The notes: generated by a model from the sequence alone, not told the origin. Counted from the first letter of the stretch, positions 10,736 to 20,855 are shown. The stretch: DNA of 64,000 nucleotides from Planctomycetota bacterium (GCA_965228735.1 OZ245838.1:7008001-7072000), one strand, 5' to 3'. Numbers and translations: made by a program.

Positions 10736-12169
10736 ATGGCTGCCCGAGCCATCGAGCTATCGTCTCGCCGCGCTCCCATGCTCTCCGATCGCCCGCAAAC
10801 CGGCATCCGCTCGTGGCTGAAGAAGCAGTTTCGGATCGCGCGGGATCGCTGGACGCGTGCGTCGTTACGTCGCCGGCCGGCGAGCGGGGATCGTGTGATC
10901 ATGGCACCGACATGGGCGTTCCCGAATCCGACGCATGCGTTCGTCTACCAGGACATGCTCGGGTTCCTCGGGCGGGGGTTCGACGTCCTCGTCTTCATGG
11001 GAGAGCGCCAGGCGGGTCGGGATGTCGCGGCGCGCTTTCGGCCATTGCTCGATCGGACCGTTTGCGTCGAAACCGTTCGCAGAATCCACACCGAGGATCT
11101 CGCAGCGCTCGATCGCGAGCACCCGGGCCGGGTCGACGCGTTTCTGGAGCGGGTTGCTTCGGCCGTCGGTCGCAGCGTGTCGGAGCTGCGTCGGGACCCG
11201 CTCGTGCTCCGCGCTTGCACGTTCACCCGGCTCGCAGAGTTGGCGCAGGCGCGCTATCTGCAGAGCTGGTTCTTCTACGACCAGTCGTTCATGGCGATGT
11301 TCGCGGCGGAGGTTCTCGCGGTTCCGCGAGGGATCGCGTGCTACACGGACCACATGCTTGCCGACTTTCCGTTCAAGCTCGTCGGGTTGCATCTGGCGAC
11401 CGCCGATCTCGTATTCGCGACGAGCGAGCGGACCAGGCGGCAACTGTTGCAGATCGGCGGGGCGGAGTGTGCTCCGAGGATTCTTGTCAAGCCGATCGGG
11501 GTCGACGGCGAAGCGCTGCGCGCCGTTCGGGCGCAGCGCCAGAGGCTAGGGGGTGATGGATTCCAGCTGCTGTCGATCAGCCGGATCGAGCCGAAGAAGG
11601 GGCTGCTGACGCTCGTCGAAGCCTGCGCCGAGTTGATGCGCCGCGGTCGAGTGTTTCAGGTGCGGCTGGTCGGCGGGGAAGATTCCGGTCACGCGGCGAG
11701 CGCGGACTACGCGGGTCGGGTTCGAGACCGCATCGCGGAGTACGGGCTGAGCGCGGTGATCGAGCTCACGGGTTCGATGGCGCATGACGCGATCGCGGCC
11801 GCGCTGGCCCGGGCGTCCGCGTTCGTCGCCCCCTACGTCGAAACCGAGGACGGCGACTCGGACGGCATGCCGACCGCGGTGCTCGAGGCGATGGCCGCGG
11901 GTCTGCCGGTCGTGTGCAGCCGAGCCGGTGCGATCGCGGAAGCCGTCGACGATGGCGTCGAAGGACTGGTCGTACCGCAACACGATGCGGCGACGCTCGC
12001 TGATGCCGTGGAACGGCTCATGGACGATCATGAACTCCGGGCCAGGCTCGGCCGCGGTGCGGCCTCGCGTTTCGACCGGGAGTTCGACCATCGGGTTACC
12101 GACGAGACGATGCACGCCCGCGTGAACGAAGTGCTCGAAAGCCGGGCTCGCGGGTCAGCGGGGAAGTAG
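10736..12169 (+). CDS. Glycosyltransferase family 4 (WcaL-like)
   Basis: FPNPTHAFVYQD, SRIEPKKG, DGDSDGMPTAVLEAMAAGLPVV. Start at 10736 or 10778. Confidence 0.88.
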   Translation: MAARAIELSSRRAPMLSDRPQTGIRSWLKKQFRIARDRWTRASLRRRPASGDRVIMAPTWAFPNPTHAFVYQDMLGFLGRGFDVLVFMGERQAGRDVAARFRPLLDRTVCVETVRRIHTEDLAALDREHPGRVDAFLERVASAVGRSVSELRRDPLVLRACTFTRLAELAQARYLQSWFFYDQSFMAMFAAEVLAVPRGIACYTDHMLADFPFKLVGLHLATADLVFATSERTRRQLLQIGGAECAPRILVKPIGVDGEALRAVRAQRQRLGGDGFQLLSISRIEPKKGLLTLVEACAELMRRGRVFQVRLVGGEDSGHAASADYAGRVRDRIAEYGLSAVIELTGSMAHDAIAAALARASAFVAPYVETEDGDSDGMPTAVLEAMAAGLPVVCSRAGAIAEAVDDGVEGLVVPQHDAATLADAVERLMDDHELRARLGRGAASRFDREFDHRVTDETMHARVNEVLESRARGSAGK

Positions 12170-15100
12170 CAGCCGGATCCGTTCCGCAATCGTTGCGCGC
12201 GTGCGCTCCGAGGCGAACTCCTCGAAGTATCGCTTTCGGCCGTTCGTGCCGAGTGCCGTCTGCCGCGTGGGATCCCGGAGAAGCTGCGCGACCTGGTTCA
12301 CGAATCGGGCCGCTTGACCGGTAGGCACGAGTATGGCCTCGCGGTCCGCCCGCGCGGCGTCGGCCACGGAGGACACGTCGCAGCCGACGATCGGGATGCC
12401 GGCCGCCATGGCCGCGAGAACGCCGCGATCGAGTGGGGTGGGGCGCTGCTCGCTCCACGGCGCGAGCATTACCGCCGGTGGTCGTCCCAAGAACTGTCGA
12501 TGCTGGTGATCCAGGTCCGGGCCGTGGCCGCCTTCCGGCCTCCACTGGAACTGCCCCGCGATGCCGAACGCGCTCATGGTGGCGCGAACGTTGGCCGCGC
12601 ACGCTCGCGAGTCCGCGGAGCCCGGCATGACCGTTCCGAGGACGTCGAGTTCGAGTTGCCAGCCACGGTTCATCAGATCGATCGTCGTGGCCAGCAAACG
12701 GTCCCACCCCGGATCGGCTGACATCGGCGCCATCACGAGCAGGTGCGGCGGGGCGTCGATCCACGGCTTTTGCTCGCATTCGACGACCGGGAACGGCCGC
12801 ATGACGGTGTGATCGGCAGGCACGCCGTTCTCGAGCAAGGCGTTGCGGAGCTCGGGGGAACGGGGGACCAGCAATCCGGCGTTCGTGAACTCACGCCCGA
12901 GCCACCGCGATTGGGCTTCATCGTCGGCTTCGACCGTCCCAACGAACCCGACCCAGGGCACACCGAGCAGCTGGGAAGTGATGGCCGCGCGCACGAGCTC
13001 GGATCCGCGGCCGCCCGCGATCAGCAACTTTGCGCGTTCACGGCGTGCGGCCCGCGCGAACGCCAGGTGTTGGGCGAGGATGTCGAATGCGCGCTCCTCG
13101 TCGCCGCCACACGCGGATCCAAGAGTCGCGAGCAATGCGTCGCATCGGCTCTGAGCGCGGCTTCGAAAGTACCGCCAATGGCGTTGAACCTGCTCGGGGA
13201 AGGCCCATGCCACGGTCTCGCCCGGACCCGCATCGGATTGCTGTGTGCCGGCCGGCGCGTTGCCGTCGCGCAGCAGGATCGTGCGGTGCTCGGCGGCCGC
13301 CTCCTGGCAGAATCGTACGCTGTCCGCGCGGTCGCCTTCGTCGGACACCACGGCGACAACGATCGTCGGCGCGACGTAGGGGCTGGCCCATCGGGGCCGC
13401 AGGGCCGCTGCGGCGGCTTTCGTCTTGCGATGCCACTTGCCGAGTCGGCGCAGCAGCTTTCTGCTCGAACTGCCGGGCTGCAATCGCAGGCCGCGAAACT
13501 GCGACATTGCAGCGCGATCGGACTCGGTTGCGAGCTCGAGTTCCGCGAGTTGCGTCGCGAGCTCGCGTTGGGCATGGGCTCGCGCTGCGAGCCCGCGATC
13601 GAACTCCGTGCGCTCGCGCTTCAGGACCGCCTGCAGCTCGTCGCGCTGGCGCTCGGTGGTGACGAGCTCGCCCCGGGTCTCGGCCAACGAGCTCGCAGCC
13701 GCGATGAGTTGCTCGCGAGCGGTGGCGAGCTCCGCGTGCGTGCGACCGAGTTCTTCCTTGGTGGCGCGCAGGTCGGTCTCAGTGGCTTCGAGCGCCGCCC
13801 GGGTCGAGGTCGCGTCCTGCTCGAGTTGGTTCAGCGACGCAGTGGCCCGGTTGTGCTCCGTCTGCAACTGCTGCAATCGCGCATCGACCTCGGCGATTTG
13901 CTCCTGCTTTGCCGTGAGCTCGTTCTGCGCGCTGACCAGCCGATCCTGAGCGGCATGCAGTTCGGACTCGATTCCGCGCAGTCGCGCGGCGTCGTCGTCG
14001 ATGCGCTTCTTCTGCCACTCGTCGCGGCTCCGCAGCGAGTAGACCTCGTCGGTCGTCGCCGTGTACTTGCTCGCGAGCGCGCGCGCGCGGCGGCGCTCGG
14101 CGGCCGTCGTCGGGTCGTTCTTCTGCCACGCGAGGCGTTCGAGGTTCGCGGCGAGGTCGGCGATCGCCGACGATTCGCGCGCATGGTGCTCGAGCCGGAA
14201 GCCACCGATGAGCTCGTTGAGGTAGAGCCCGGTCCAGTCGACCTCGGTGTTGTGACGCAGGTGCTCGGCGATGTCGCGCAGGGCGAGTTCGACCCGTTCG
14301 GCGCTGTCGTCCGGGAACTCGGCGATATGGTCGCGGATCGCGCGCGCGGCGACGCGGTCGACCTCGAGCGAATAGGCCCAGCGCGCCTCGTTCTCGAACC
14401 ACACCGTGTTGCTCGGATGCAGTCGGTAGGCGATGAGCCGGTCCGGCAGCCAGCGCAGCTTCTGCTCGCGCGCGCCGTCGAGGAACAGCTGCCAGTCGAG
14501 GCAGTACTTGAGGCTCCGCAGCGCGTCTTTGTGGTCGCGGAGCCAGTCCGTCCGACAGACGATATTGCTGCTCGTCGCGAGGAAGTTGCGTTCGAGCAAA
14601 GCGCCGAACAACCCGTCTGGCTGCGTGGATCGCGGCTTCGTGTTGTCGTACCAGTGCACCCAGTCGCGCACGTTGCGGCCGTGAAAGAGCGTGCTCGTGT
14701 TGTTCGTCGTCAGGCGCTTGTCGTCCTGGTCGATGATCGCCAGTCCGGTGCTCACGAGCTCGCACTCGGCGTCGTCGCGCAGCGCGGCGAGGCACTTCTC
14801 GAGCCGCTGCGGGTGGAACAGGTCGTCCGAGTTCAGCAGCGCGACGTACGGCGTTTCGATGGTCTCGAGCGCGTTGAGAACCGAGTTGCCGAGCCCGACG
14901 TTTTCGGGGTTGGTGCGGACCTCGAGTCGCGGATCGTGGATGGCCTCGGCCGCGGCGACGGTGCCGTCGGGGCTCTTGTCGTCGACGACGAGCACGCGCA
15001 GTTCGGGCGCGGTCTGCCCTAGCACGCTGTGGATCGTCGAGACGATGTACTGTTCGTGTTTGTAGGACGGGATCAGCACCGTGATCTCCGCCGCGTCGCG

Positions 15101-15907
15101 TTGGGTCGCCGTGGCCTGGTGCCGACGCTTGATCTTGAACGGGCGGCTGCGCGGCGCCGGCGTGAGCAGGCCGAGGTCCTCGACGTTCTGCGTGGTGAGC
15201 CATTCGAGCCCGATCGGTGCGAATGCCGCGTGCTCGGCGTCGACGAGTGCCTGCCGATTCGCGGTGTCCTCGTAGACCGCGGCGAGAACTCGCTGGACTT
15301 CGGGGTTCCAACGCAGCACGAGCTGGCGCTGCAGGAGTACGCGGAACCACGCGTGCTCCTGGGCCAGGTCCCCGGCGTCGTCGCGGTTGGCGAACGCGCT
15401 CGCGGCAGCCTGCAGCGAGTCTGAATCGTCGAGGTGCAGGAACGCGCGCCAGAACGCGAGGGCGCGATCCGGCGTCGCGAGCAGGTCGTGCTCGATCGGC
15501 GGGAATCGCAGTTGCGCGTCGCCGCGCTCGCCCTCGTGAATGCGCGAGTCGGCCGCGGCCTTGAGCTCGTCGCGCAGGCCCGCCGCGAGTTCTTCGTAGG
15601 CCGTCGCTGCGAGGCTCGTCGGCCGATCCTCGCCGCTGAGCTGGGGCCACCAGTCTCGAATGGTCTCGTACGCCGCGGTGAACTCGGCGATCGGCAGCCG
15701 TGCCATCGGGCACGTGCCCCCGTTGCCTTCGGTGCCTGCGCTGCTGCCGGAGCCGTCGTGCAGAGCGATTCGCATCCGTGCGCCCGCCGCAGCGCTCGCA
15801 TTGGCGGCGCGGACGAGCTCGAACCAGCTCTCGGGGTGGAGCAGCCAGACGACCTCGTCAGGCTCCCGGGTGAGTTCCTTCTCGAGCTCTGCGAGCGAAC
15901 TCAGCAT
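12155..15907 (-). CDS. Multidomain glycosyltransferase: unknown N-terminus + GT2 + long coiled coil + degenerate GT4-like domain
   Basis: GT2 motifs ITVLIPSYKH, VVDDKSPDGT, LLNSDD, DWQLFL, YRLHPSN; ~190-aa heptad region; C-terminal VLAAMAAGIPIV. Confidence 0.85.
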   Translation of the reverse strand: MLSSLAELEKELTREPDEVVWLLHPESWFELVRAANASAAAGARMRIALHDGSGSSAGTEGNGGTCPMARLPIAEFTAAYETIRDWWPQLSGEDRPTSLAATAYEELAAGLRDELKAAADSRIHEGERGDAQLRFPPIEHDLLATPDRALAFWRAFLHLDDSDSLQAAASAFANRDDAGDLAQEHAWFRVLLQRQLVLRWNPEVQRVLAAVYEDTANRQALVDAEHAAFAPIGLEWLTTQNVEDLGLLTPAPRSRPFKIKRRHQATATQRDAAEITVLIPSYKHEQYIVSTIHSVLGQTAPELRVLVVDDKSPDGTVAAAEAIHDPRLEVRTNPENVGLGNSVLNALETIETPYVALLNSDDLFHPQRLEKCLAALRDDAECELVSTGLAIIDQDDKRLTTNNTSTLFHGRNVRDWVHWYDNTKPRSTQPDGLFGALLERNFLATSSNIVCRTDWLRDHKDALRSLKYCLDWQLFLDGAREQKLRWLPDRLIAYRLHPSNTVWFENEARWAYSLEVDRVAARAIRDHIAEFPDDSAERVELALRDIAEHLRHNTEVDWTGLYLNELIGGFRLEHHARESSAIADLAANLERLAWQKNDPTTAAERRRARALASKYTATTDEVYSLRSRDEWQKKRIDDDAARLRGIESELHAAQDRLVSAQNELTAKQEQIAEVDARLQQLQTEHNRATASLNQLEQDATSTRAALEATETDLRATKEELGRTHAELATAREQLIAAASSLAETRGELVTTERQRDELQAVLKRERTEFDRGLAARAHAQRELATQLAELELATESDRAAMSQFRGLRLQPGSSSRKLLRRLGKWHRKTKAAAAALRPRWASPYVAPTIVVAVVSDEGDRADSVRFCQEAAAEHRTILLRDGNAPAGTQQSDAGPGETVAWAFPEQVQRHWRYFRSRAQSRCDALLATLGSACGGDEERAFDILAQHLAFARAARRERAKLLIAGGRGSELVRAAITSQLLGVPWVGFVGTVEADDEAQSRWLGREFTNAGLLVPRSPELRNALLENGVPADHTVMRPFPVVECEQKPWIDAPPHLLVMAPMSADPGWDRLLATTIDLMNRGWQLELDVLGTVMPGSADSRACAANVRATMSAFGIAGQFQWRPEGGHGPDLDHQHRQFLGRPPAVMLAPWSEQRPTPLDRGVLAAMAAGIPIVGCDVSSVADAARADREAILVPTGQAARFVNQVAQLLRDPTRQTALGTNGRKRYFEEFASERTRATIAERIRLLLPR

Positions 15908-16107
15908 CGACGGATCTCTACTGGCGGTGCAAACCGCATGGCGGGTGGCAGGCTAGCGTGCGGAGGCGACCGGCGCGACGTCTATCCGTTGCCCGGAACC
16001 AGCCCTGTCATCGGCGTTTGCCGGGAGGGAGTGGAGCATATTCACCGCGGTGGACGATAGTCCCGTGAGGCGGTAGTAAGCTCTGCGCCCGATCTGCCCG
16101 AGCCAAC

Positions 16108-17238
16108 ATGACGCGAACCCTCCCGATCACCCTTGCCATGGTGTCGTACAACAAGAACGACACCATCGCGCTGTCCATCGAGTCGGCGGCGAAGGGCAGC
16201 ATGAAGCCCGACTTCCTCGTCATCTCGGACGACGGCAGCAGTGATGGCACGCCCCAGATCGCGGAGGAGACCGCCAGGAAGCTCGGCATTCCGTGCCGCA
16301 TCATCCACAACCTGCGCGTCGGCCGGTTTCGGCTGCAGACGATGCGCAATACCGTCGCCAACAACGCGCTGAACGGGGTGGTTTACCTGTCCGACTCGGA
16401 TTGCATCTTCGGCGAGCACTGCATCGAGTCGCACTGGGAGATCCATCGCCAGCACCCGTTCGCGGTCGGCACGGGGCCGCGCTACGAGTATCTCGAAGGC
16501 AACTCGGGGCCGTTCAAGGCGACGTTCCAGACGCTCGAGTATGCCCACTTCCCGGGCGGGCACTACTGCACGCCGGTCGGCGCCAACTTCTCGTTCCGCA
16601 AGACCACGTGGAAGCGGCTCGGCGGCTTCGACCGTGCATACGAGGGCGCCTACGGGATGGACGAGTTCCAGTTCAGCCTCTCGGCCGAGAGCGCCGGGGC
16701 CGAGTGCATCGCCGATCCCGGCGCCTACCTGTTCCACATTCCGCACGACACGCTGTTCGGCAGTCGCGGCGCGTGGCGCAACATCGGCGTCTTCAACGAG
16801 ACCTACGCCCGCGATCACATCGAGGAGGAGCGCGTGATGGTCGAGGATCGCGCGTCGCCTTGGTACTACCGTGGCCTGCGCAAGACGCCGATCCTCGGTG
16901 ACAAGGTCAAGCTCAACGAGTGGGGGGCGCCGGACGGGTTCGTCCCGCCGGCCGACATCGAGATGAGCCGCAGCCTGCGCCCGCTGACCGAGCCGGTCGA
17001 GCGGTATCTGCAGACCAAGGCCGCGGAGGACCTGGTCGCGATCAAACACCTCGTGGCGGAGCTCGACTGGCGGCGCCACGGGCACACGACGCCGGCGCAC
17101 GTCAAGTTCGGCGAGCTGCACCACCTGATGAACGACTACAAGGACCTGCAGGACCTCGAGGACCGCTTGCGTTGGTGGCTCGGGAACGCGCAGACCCTGG
17201 CTGCCCACGTCGGGGGGCAGGCGACGGAAACACGATGA
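16108..17238 (+). CDS. Glycosyltransferase family 2
   Basis: SYNK, ISDDGSSDGT, LSDSD (DxD), GANFSF, GGFD. Confidence 0.85.
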   Translation: MTRTLPITLAMVSYNKNDTIALSIESAAKGSMKPDFLVISDDGSSDGTPQIAEETARKLGIPCRIIHNLRVGRFRLQTMRNTVANNALNGVVYLSDSDCIFGEHCIESHWEIHRQHPFAVGTGPRYEYLEGNSGPFKATFQTLEYAHFPGGHYCTPVGANFSFRKTTWKRLGGFDRAYEGAYGMDEFQFSLSAESAGAECIADPGAYLFHIPHDTLFGSRGAWRNIGVFNETYARDHIEEERVMVEDRASPWYYRGLRKTPILGDKVKLNEWGAPDGFVPPADIEMSRSLRPLTEPVERYLQTKAAEDLVAIKHLVAELDWRRHGHTTPAHVKFGELHHLMNDYKDLQDLEDRLRWWLGNAQTLAAHVGGQATETR

Positions 17239-19550
17239 AGATCTGCATCATCAGCTACGAGTACGAGCCGTTTCCGGGGGGCGGCATCGCGACGTATCAC
17301 AATGCGGCCGCGAAGATCCTCGCGGCGGCCGGGCACGAAGTGCACGTCGTCACGAACTTCGCCAATCACGGCAGCTACGAGCCGCAGCACACGCACCGGC
17401 TGTGGACGGACGGCAACCTCACGATCCATCGGTTGTTCCACTTCGACGGTCGCCGCGAGGTGCGGCAGGGCGCGCAATTCCTCGACGTCATCCCCGATCG
17501 CTACGCCGACCGCGGCAAGCTCTGGGCGAACGAGCCGTCGAACATCGCGGCCATCCAGTGCGCGGCATACGTCGAGCAGCTGCATCTCGATCACGGCATC
17601 GACGTGATCGAGAGCCCCGAGTTCTTCGCCGAGGCGTTCTACGTCATCCGCGCGCGGCACGCGGGCCGGCGGGCGAGTTTCCCGCCGGTCTGCGTGCACG
17701 GCCACGTCAGCTCGCGCATCGCGTTCGCCACCAATCGGCATCCGTGGGAGCTCGGCTACCACCCGCACCGGCAGATGATGCTGCGCGAGGAATACTGCGT
17801 GCAGAACGCCGACGCGTTGCTCACGCCGTCGCACGCGCTCATGGCGCGCTACCGCGAGCAGTTCGGCGACGATCTGCCGGCCATCCAGCGCACGATCCCG
17901 TACTTCCTCGACCTTCCCGAGGCCGGCCAGCAAGTGCCGAAGGAACTTCACGGCGGGCGGTTCCTCGTGTGCGTCGGTCGGATCGAACCGCGCAAGGGTT
18001 CGGACGACGCGATGCGCGCCTTCGCCCGGCTCGCGAGCGACTACCCGGGCCTCAAGCTCGTCTTCCTCGGCAAGGAGATGTGGCACCAGGGCGAGTCGGT
18101 GCAGGACGTGATCGACGCGCTCGTGCCGGAGGCGTTCCAGAACCGCGTCGTGCGGCTCGGCAACATCCCGCGCGAGCAGGCGCTCGCGGCGATGCAGCAG
18201 GCCGCCGCGTTCCTGCACCCGGCACCGTGGGACAACTACCCGTGCGCGACCCTCGAGGCGATGGGCGTCGGCGCGATGTGCATCGTGTCCGATCAGGGTG
18301 GGCAGTCGGAGATGGTGACGGACGGCAAGACCGGTCTCGTCCATCGAGCCGGTGACGTCGATGGCCTCGTGGCGGCGATCAAGACCGCGCTGGACGACGA
18401 CGCCAGGGTCGCGACCTTCCGCAAGGCGGCGAAGGACCACGCGATCGAGCTGACCGACGAGAAGCGGCTCGTGGCCGAGAAGATCGCGATGTTCGAGGAG
18501 ATGCTCGAGCGCGAGAAGCAGAACCGCACCGCGATCGAGGACGCCTACTACCTGCCGCCGACGCTGCATCCGCTCGAAGTGCCGCCGGCGCTCGGCGGCA
18601 AGGGCATCGTCGTGCTCGATGCGGGCGGCGACCCGGGCGATCGCTACAAGTCCTCGATGGCGTCGATCGACGCCGAGCTGCGCGGCTCGCCGGGTTGGGC
18701 CGTCAAGGTCCTGCGCGATCCCGAACAGACCGTCGAGACGCCGGCCAACTGGACGACGACGACGACGATCGACCCGCTGCCGTGGGCCGACCTCGACGAC
18801 GACGACACGGTCGTCTGGGTGCTGTCCGGCTGCCGTTTCGACCTCGGCCGGTTGCGCGACGTGGCGCGGCAGCCGACCGATGCGCCCGTGGCGTGCGGCT
18901 CGTTCGGCTGGCTGCGACCGGCGAGCGCGCAGGTGTTCCCGTACAGCCCTGACTTCGGGTTCGAGGATCTGCTCGTCGGCGGTCACGTGCTGCCGCCCGT
19001 GTTCGCTGTCAAGGTTCGCGATCTGCGTCACATCCGGTCGTTGTCGGGGCTCTACGAGCCCGAACAGCGGCTCGGTGCGTTGCTGGCGGCCACGTCCGCG
19101 AAGGGCGACATGATGATGCAGCACACCGGCGAAGTGCTCGGCGACTTCTACGGGGATCTGCCGCTCGTCAGTCAGGACATTCAGTATCGCGCGATCGGCT
19201 TCCTCGAGATCCACGGTCTCATGCCACGCCGTATGACGATGCTCGGGAACCTCGTCGAGGTGCCAAACGCGCCAGTCGCGCCGCCGCCGGCGCCGCCGGC
19301 TCAGCCGCCCGGGGAGAACGGCAAACAGACTGATTCGCAGCCCGCCGCCGCGCCGCCGGCCCAGAGCTCACCGGTCGCCGACATCGCGACGCTCGAGAAG
19401 GTCTACTACGAGCACATGAAGCTCAAGGAGCTCGGCGTCGTGCGCATGTTGCGCAGGCTCGGCGTCTTCAGCATGGCGCGCAAGGTCATGCCGGGCAGCA
19501 AGAACTACATCGGCGACGGCAAGAGCCACGGCGACGACAACCACCGTTGA
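17235..19550 (+). CDS. Glycosyltransferase family 4 with large C-terminal extension
   Basis: Start ATG 17235 (ATGA overlap). YEYEPFPGGGIATY, GRIEPRKG, WDNYPCATLEAM, followed by ~330 aa of extra domain, a Pro-rich linker and a basic tail. Confidence 0.85.
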   Translation: MKICIISYEYEPFPGGGIATYHNAAAKILAAAGHEVHVVTNFANHGSYEPQHTHRLWTDGNLTIHRLFHFDGRREVRQGAQFLDVIPDRYADRGKLWANEPSNIAAIQCAAYVEQLHLDHGIDVIESPEFFAEAFYVIRARHAGRRASFPPVCVHGHVSSRIAFATNRHPWELGYHPHRQMMLREEYCVQNADALLTPSHALMARYREQFGDDLPAIQRTIPYFLDLPEAGQQVPKELHGGRFLVCVGRIEPRKGSDDAMRAFARLASDYPGLKLVFLGKEMWHQGESVQDVIDALVPEAFQNRVVRLGNIPREQALAAMQQAAAFLHPAPWDNYPCATLEAMGVGAMCIVSDQGGQSEMVTDGKTGLVHRAGDVDGLVAAIKTALDDDARVATFRKAAKDHAIELTDEKRLVAEKIAMFEEMLEREKQNRTAIEDAYYLPPTLHPLEVPPALGGKGIVVLDAGGDPGDRYKSSMASIDAELRGSPGWAVKVLRDPEQTVETPANWTTTTTIDPLPWADLDDDDTVVWVLSGCRFDLGRLRDVARQPTDAPVACGSFGWLRPASAQVFPYSPDFGFEDLLVGGHVLPPVFAVKVRDLRHIRSLSGLYEPEQRLGALLAATSAKGDMMMQHTGEVLGDFYGDLPLVSQDIQYRAIGFLEIHGLMPRRMTMLGNLVEVPNAPVAPPPAPPAQPPGENGKQTDSQPAAAPPAQSSPVADIATLEKVYYEHMKLKELGVVRMLRRLGVFSMARKVMPGSKNYIGDGKSHGDDNHR

Positions 19551-19580
19551 GCGGCGGCAACGGTCGGCTCGGCGGCACCG

Positions 19581-20855
19581 TCAGCGACCGGACCAGTGGG
19601 CCCAGATCGCGTCCGCGACCGTGTGGCCCTTGAACCGCACGCCCGCCGGCAGGTGGTGGCCGACGTCGCGAAAGAACTCCTCGTGCTGCCCCGTCGTCAG
19701 CGCGTCGAGATCCACGAGCAGCGCTCGATCGCCGTAGCCGGCGGCGGCCTGGCGTAGCAGGATAGAGAAGGCCGCAATGCCGGGCGCATCGCTGCTGAAT
19801 GCGATCTCCGGATTCTTGGAATGTCCCTGCGTCACCAGGACCGGGACGATCGAGTTGCTGTTCGCCAGCTCGACGACCGTGTTGACGTTGCGCAGGTAGG
19901 TACGCGCGAGCTGTTCTTGGGCGTTGCCGCGCCGATGCGGTCGGTGGAGTGCGCCGCCGAGATCGGCCCATGGCGGTTTCGGCGCGAGACGGTGCGCGAG
20001 GAAGCGATACACGAGGCTGCCGCGAATCAGCCAGACGTCCGGTGGAGTCGGCGGGTCGAAGGCCTTGAACGCGTGCGAGTAGTCCCCGCGAAAATCGTCG
20101 GGGTGACCGTTGGCGCGCAGGTCGTTCCAACCGTGATGGAATACGACGTAGTCTGGCCGGTAGTCGAGTGCGTTGAGCGCGAAGTTCACGACCGAGTGGG
20201 CCGAGGTGTAGTAGCCCATCGCGAACGACACGCACTCGAAGCGCTTGCCCGTGTCCTTCGCGAGTTCGTTGAGGCGGCGTTCCGCGGCGCGGAAGTAGCC
20301 GGTCGCGGTTGTCGAGCCACCGAGGAACGCGATGCGCACGACGTCATCCGGCTTCTCGAGGGTGACGTTCGGGCCCACGAACCCGAGATCGTTCAGGCCG
20401 GCGGTTCCGAGCACGTCGGTTCCCAGAAGCGCGCGATGCGGTCGACCCACGAACTGCAGGAACGGGTGTCCGACGTAGGCCGCACGTTCTGGGTATGTTC
20501 GGTCGGCGAGTGCCACGTGGGTCGCGATCCAGGTGTCGGAGCAGAAGATGCGGGCCCAGGTCCGCGTGCCCGTCTCGATACCACCGACGATCAGGATCGG
20601 CAGCAACACCGCGGTGAGTCGCGGGCTTCGCGTCCGAACCGCCGCGATCCCGAGGCCGACGAGGATCGTCGACATGCCCCAGAGTGGAGCGTGGTCGACG
20701 TCGTCGAGCGGCGCCAGTGCGATCGTTGCGTGTGCCCAGAGCGGGACGATGAGGAGGCCGAGGAGCGCCGTCATCGCGCCGACCGTGCGCGGAATTGCCG
20801 CGGGCATCGGGCGGCGCCGGGCGCCGGGAGCGCGCGTCTGGGACGCCGAGGTCAT
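19581..20855 (-). CDS. Membrane-anchored SGNH/GDSL-family protein (possible glycan acetylase/deacetylase)
   Basis: N-terminal TM helices, RIAFLGGSTT (block I), HHGWND (block III), DVGHH (block V). ATGA overlap with the upstream GT4. Confidence 0.7.
   Translation of the reverse strand: MTSASQTRAPGARRRPMPAAIPRTVGAMTALLGLLIVPLWAHATIALAPLDDVDHAPLWGMSTILVGLGIAAVRTRSPRLTAVLLPILIVGGIETGTRTWARIFCSDTWIATHVALADRTYPERAAYVGHPFLQFVGRPHRALLGTDVLGTAGLNDLGFVGPNVTLEKPDDVVRIAFLGGSTTATGYFRAAERRLNELAKDTGKRFECVSFAMGYYTSAHSVVNFALNALDYRPDYVVFHHGWNDLRANGHPDDFRGDYSHAFKAFDPPTPPDVWLIRGSLVYRFLAHRLAPKPPWADLGGALHRPHRRGNAQEQLARTYLRNVNTVVELANSNSIVPVLVTQGHSKNPEIAFSSDAPGIAAFSILLRQAAAGYGDRALLVDLDALTTGQHEEFFRDVGHHLPAGVRFKGHTVADAIWAHWSGR

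Noticed and set aside
16069..16080. ops/JUMPStart-like GGCGGTAG upstream of the GT2 operon
   Set aside because: Lacks the downstream nnTG of the ops consensus, no RfaH/NusG paralog is in the window, and an 8-mer like this is plausible by chance at this GC.
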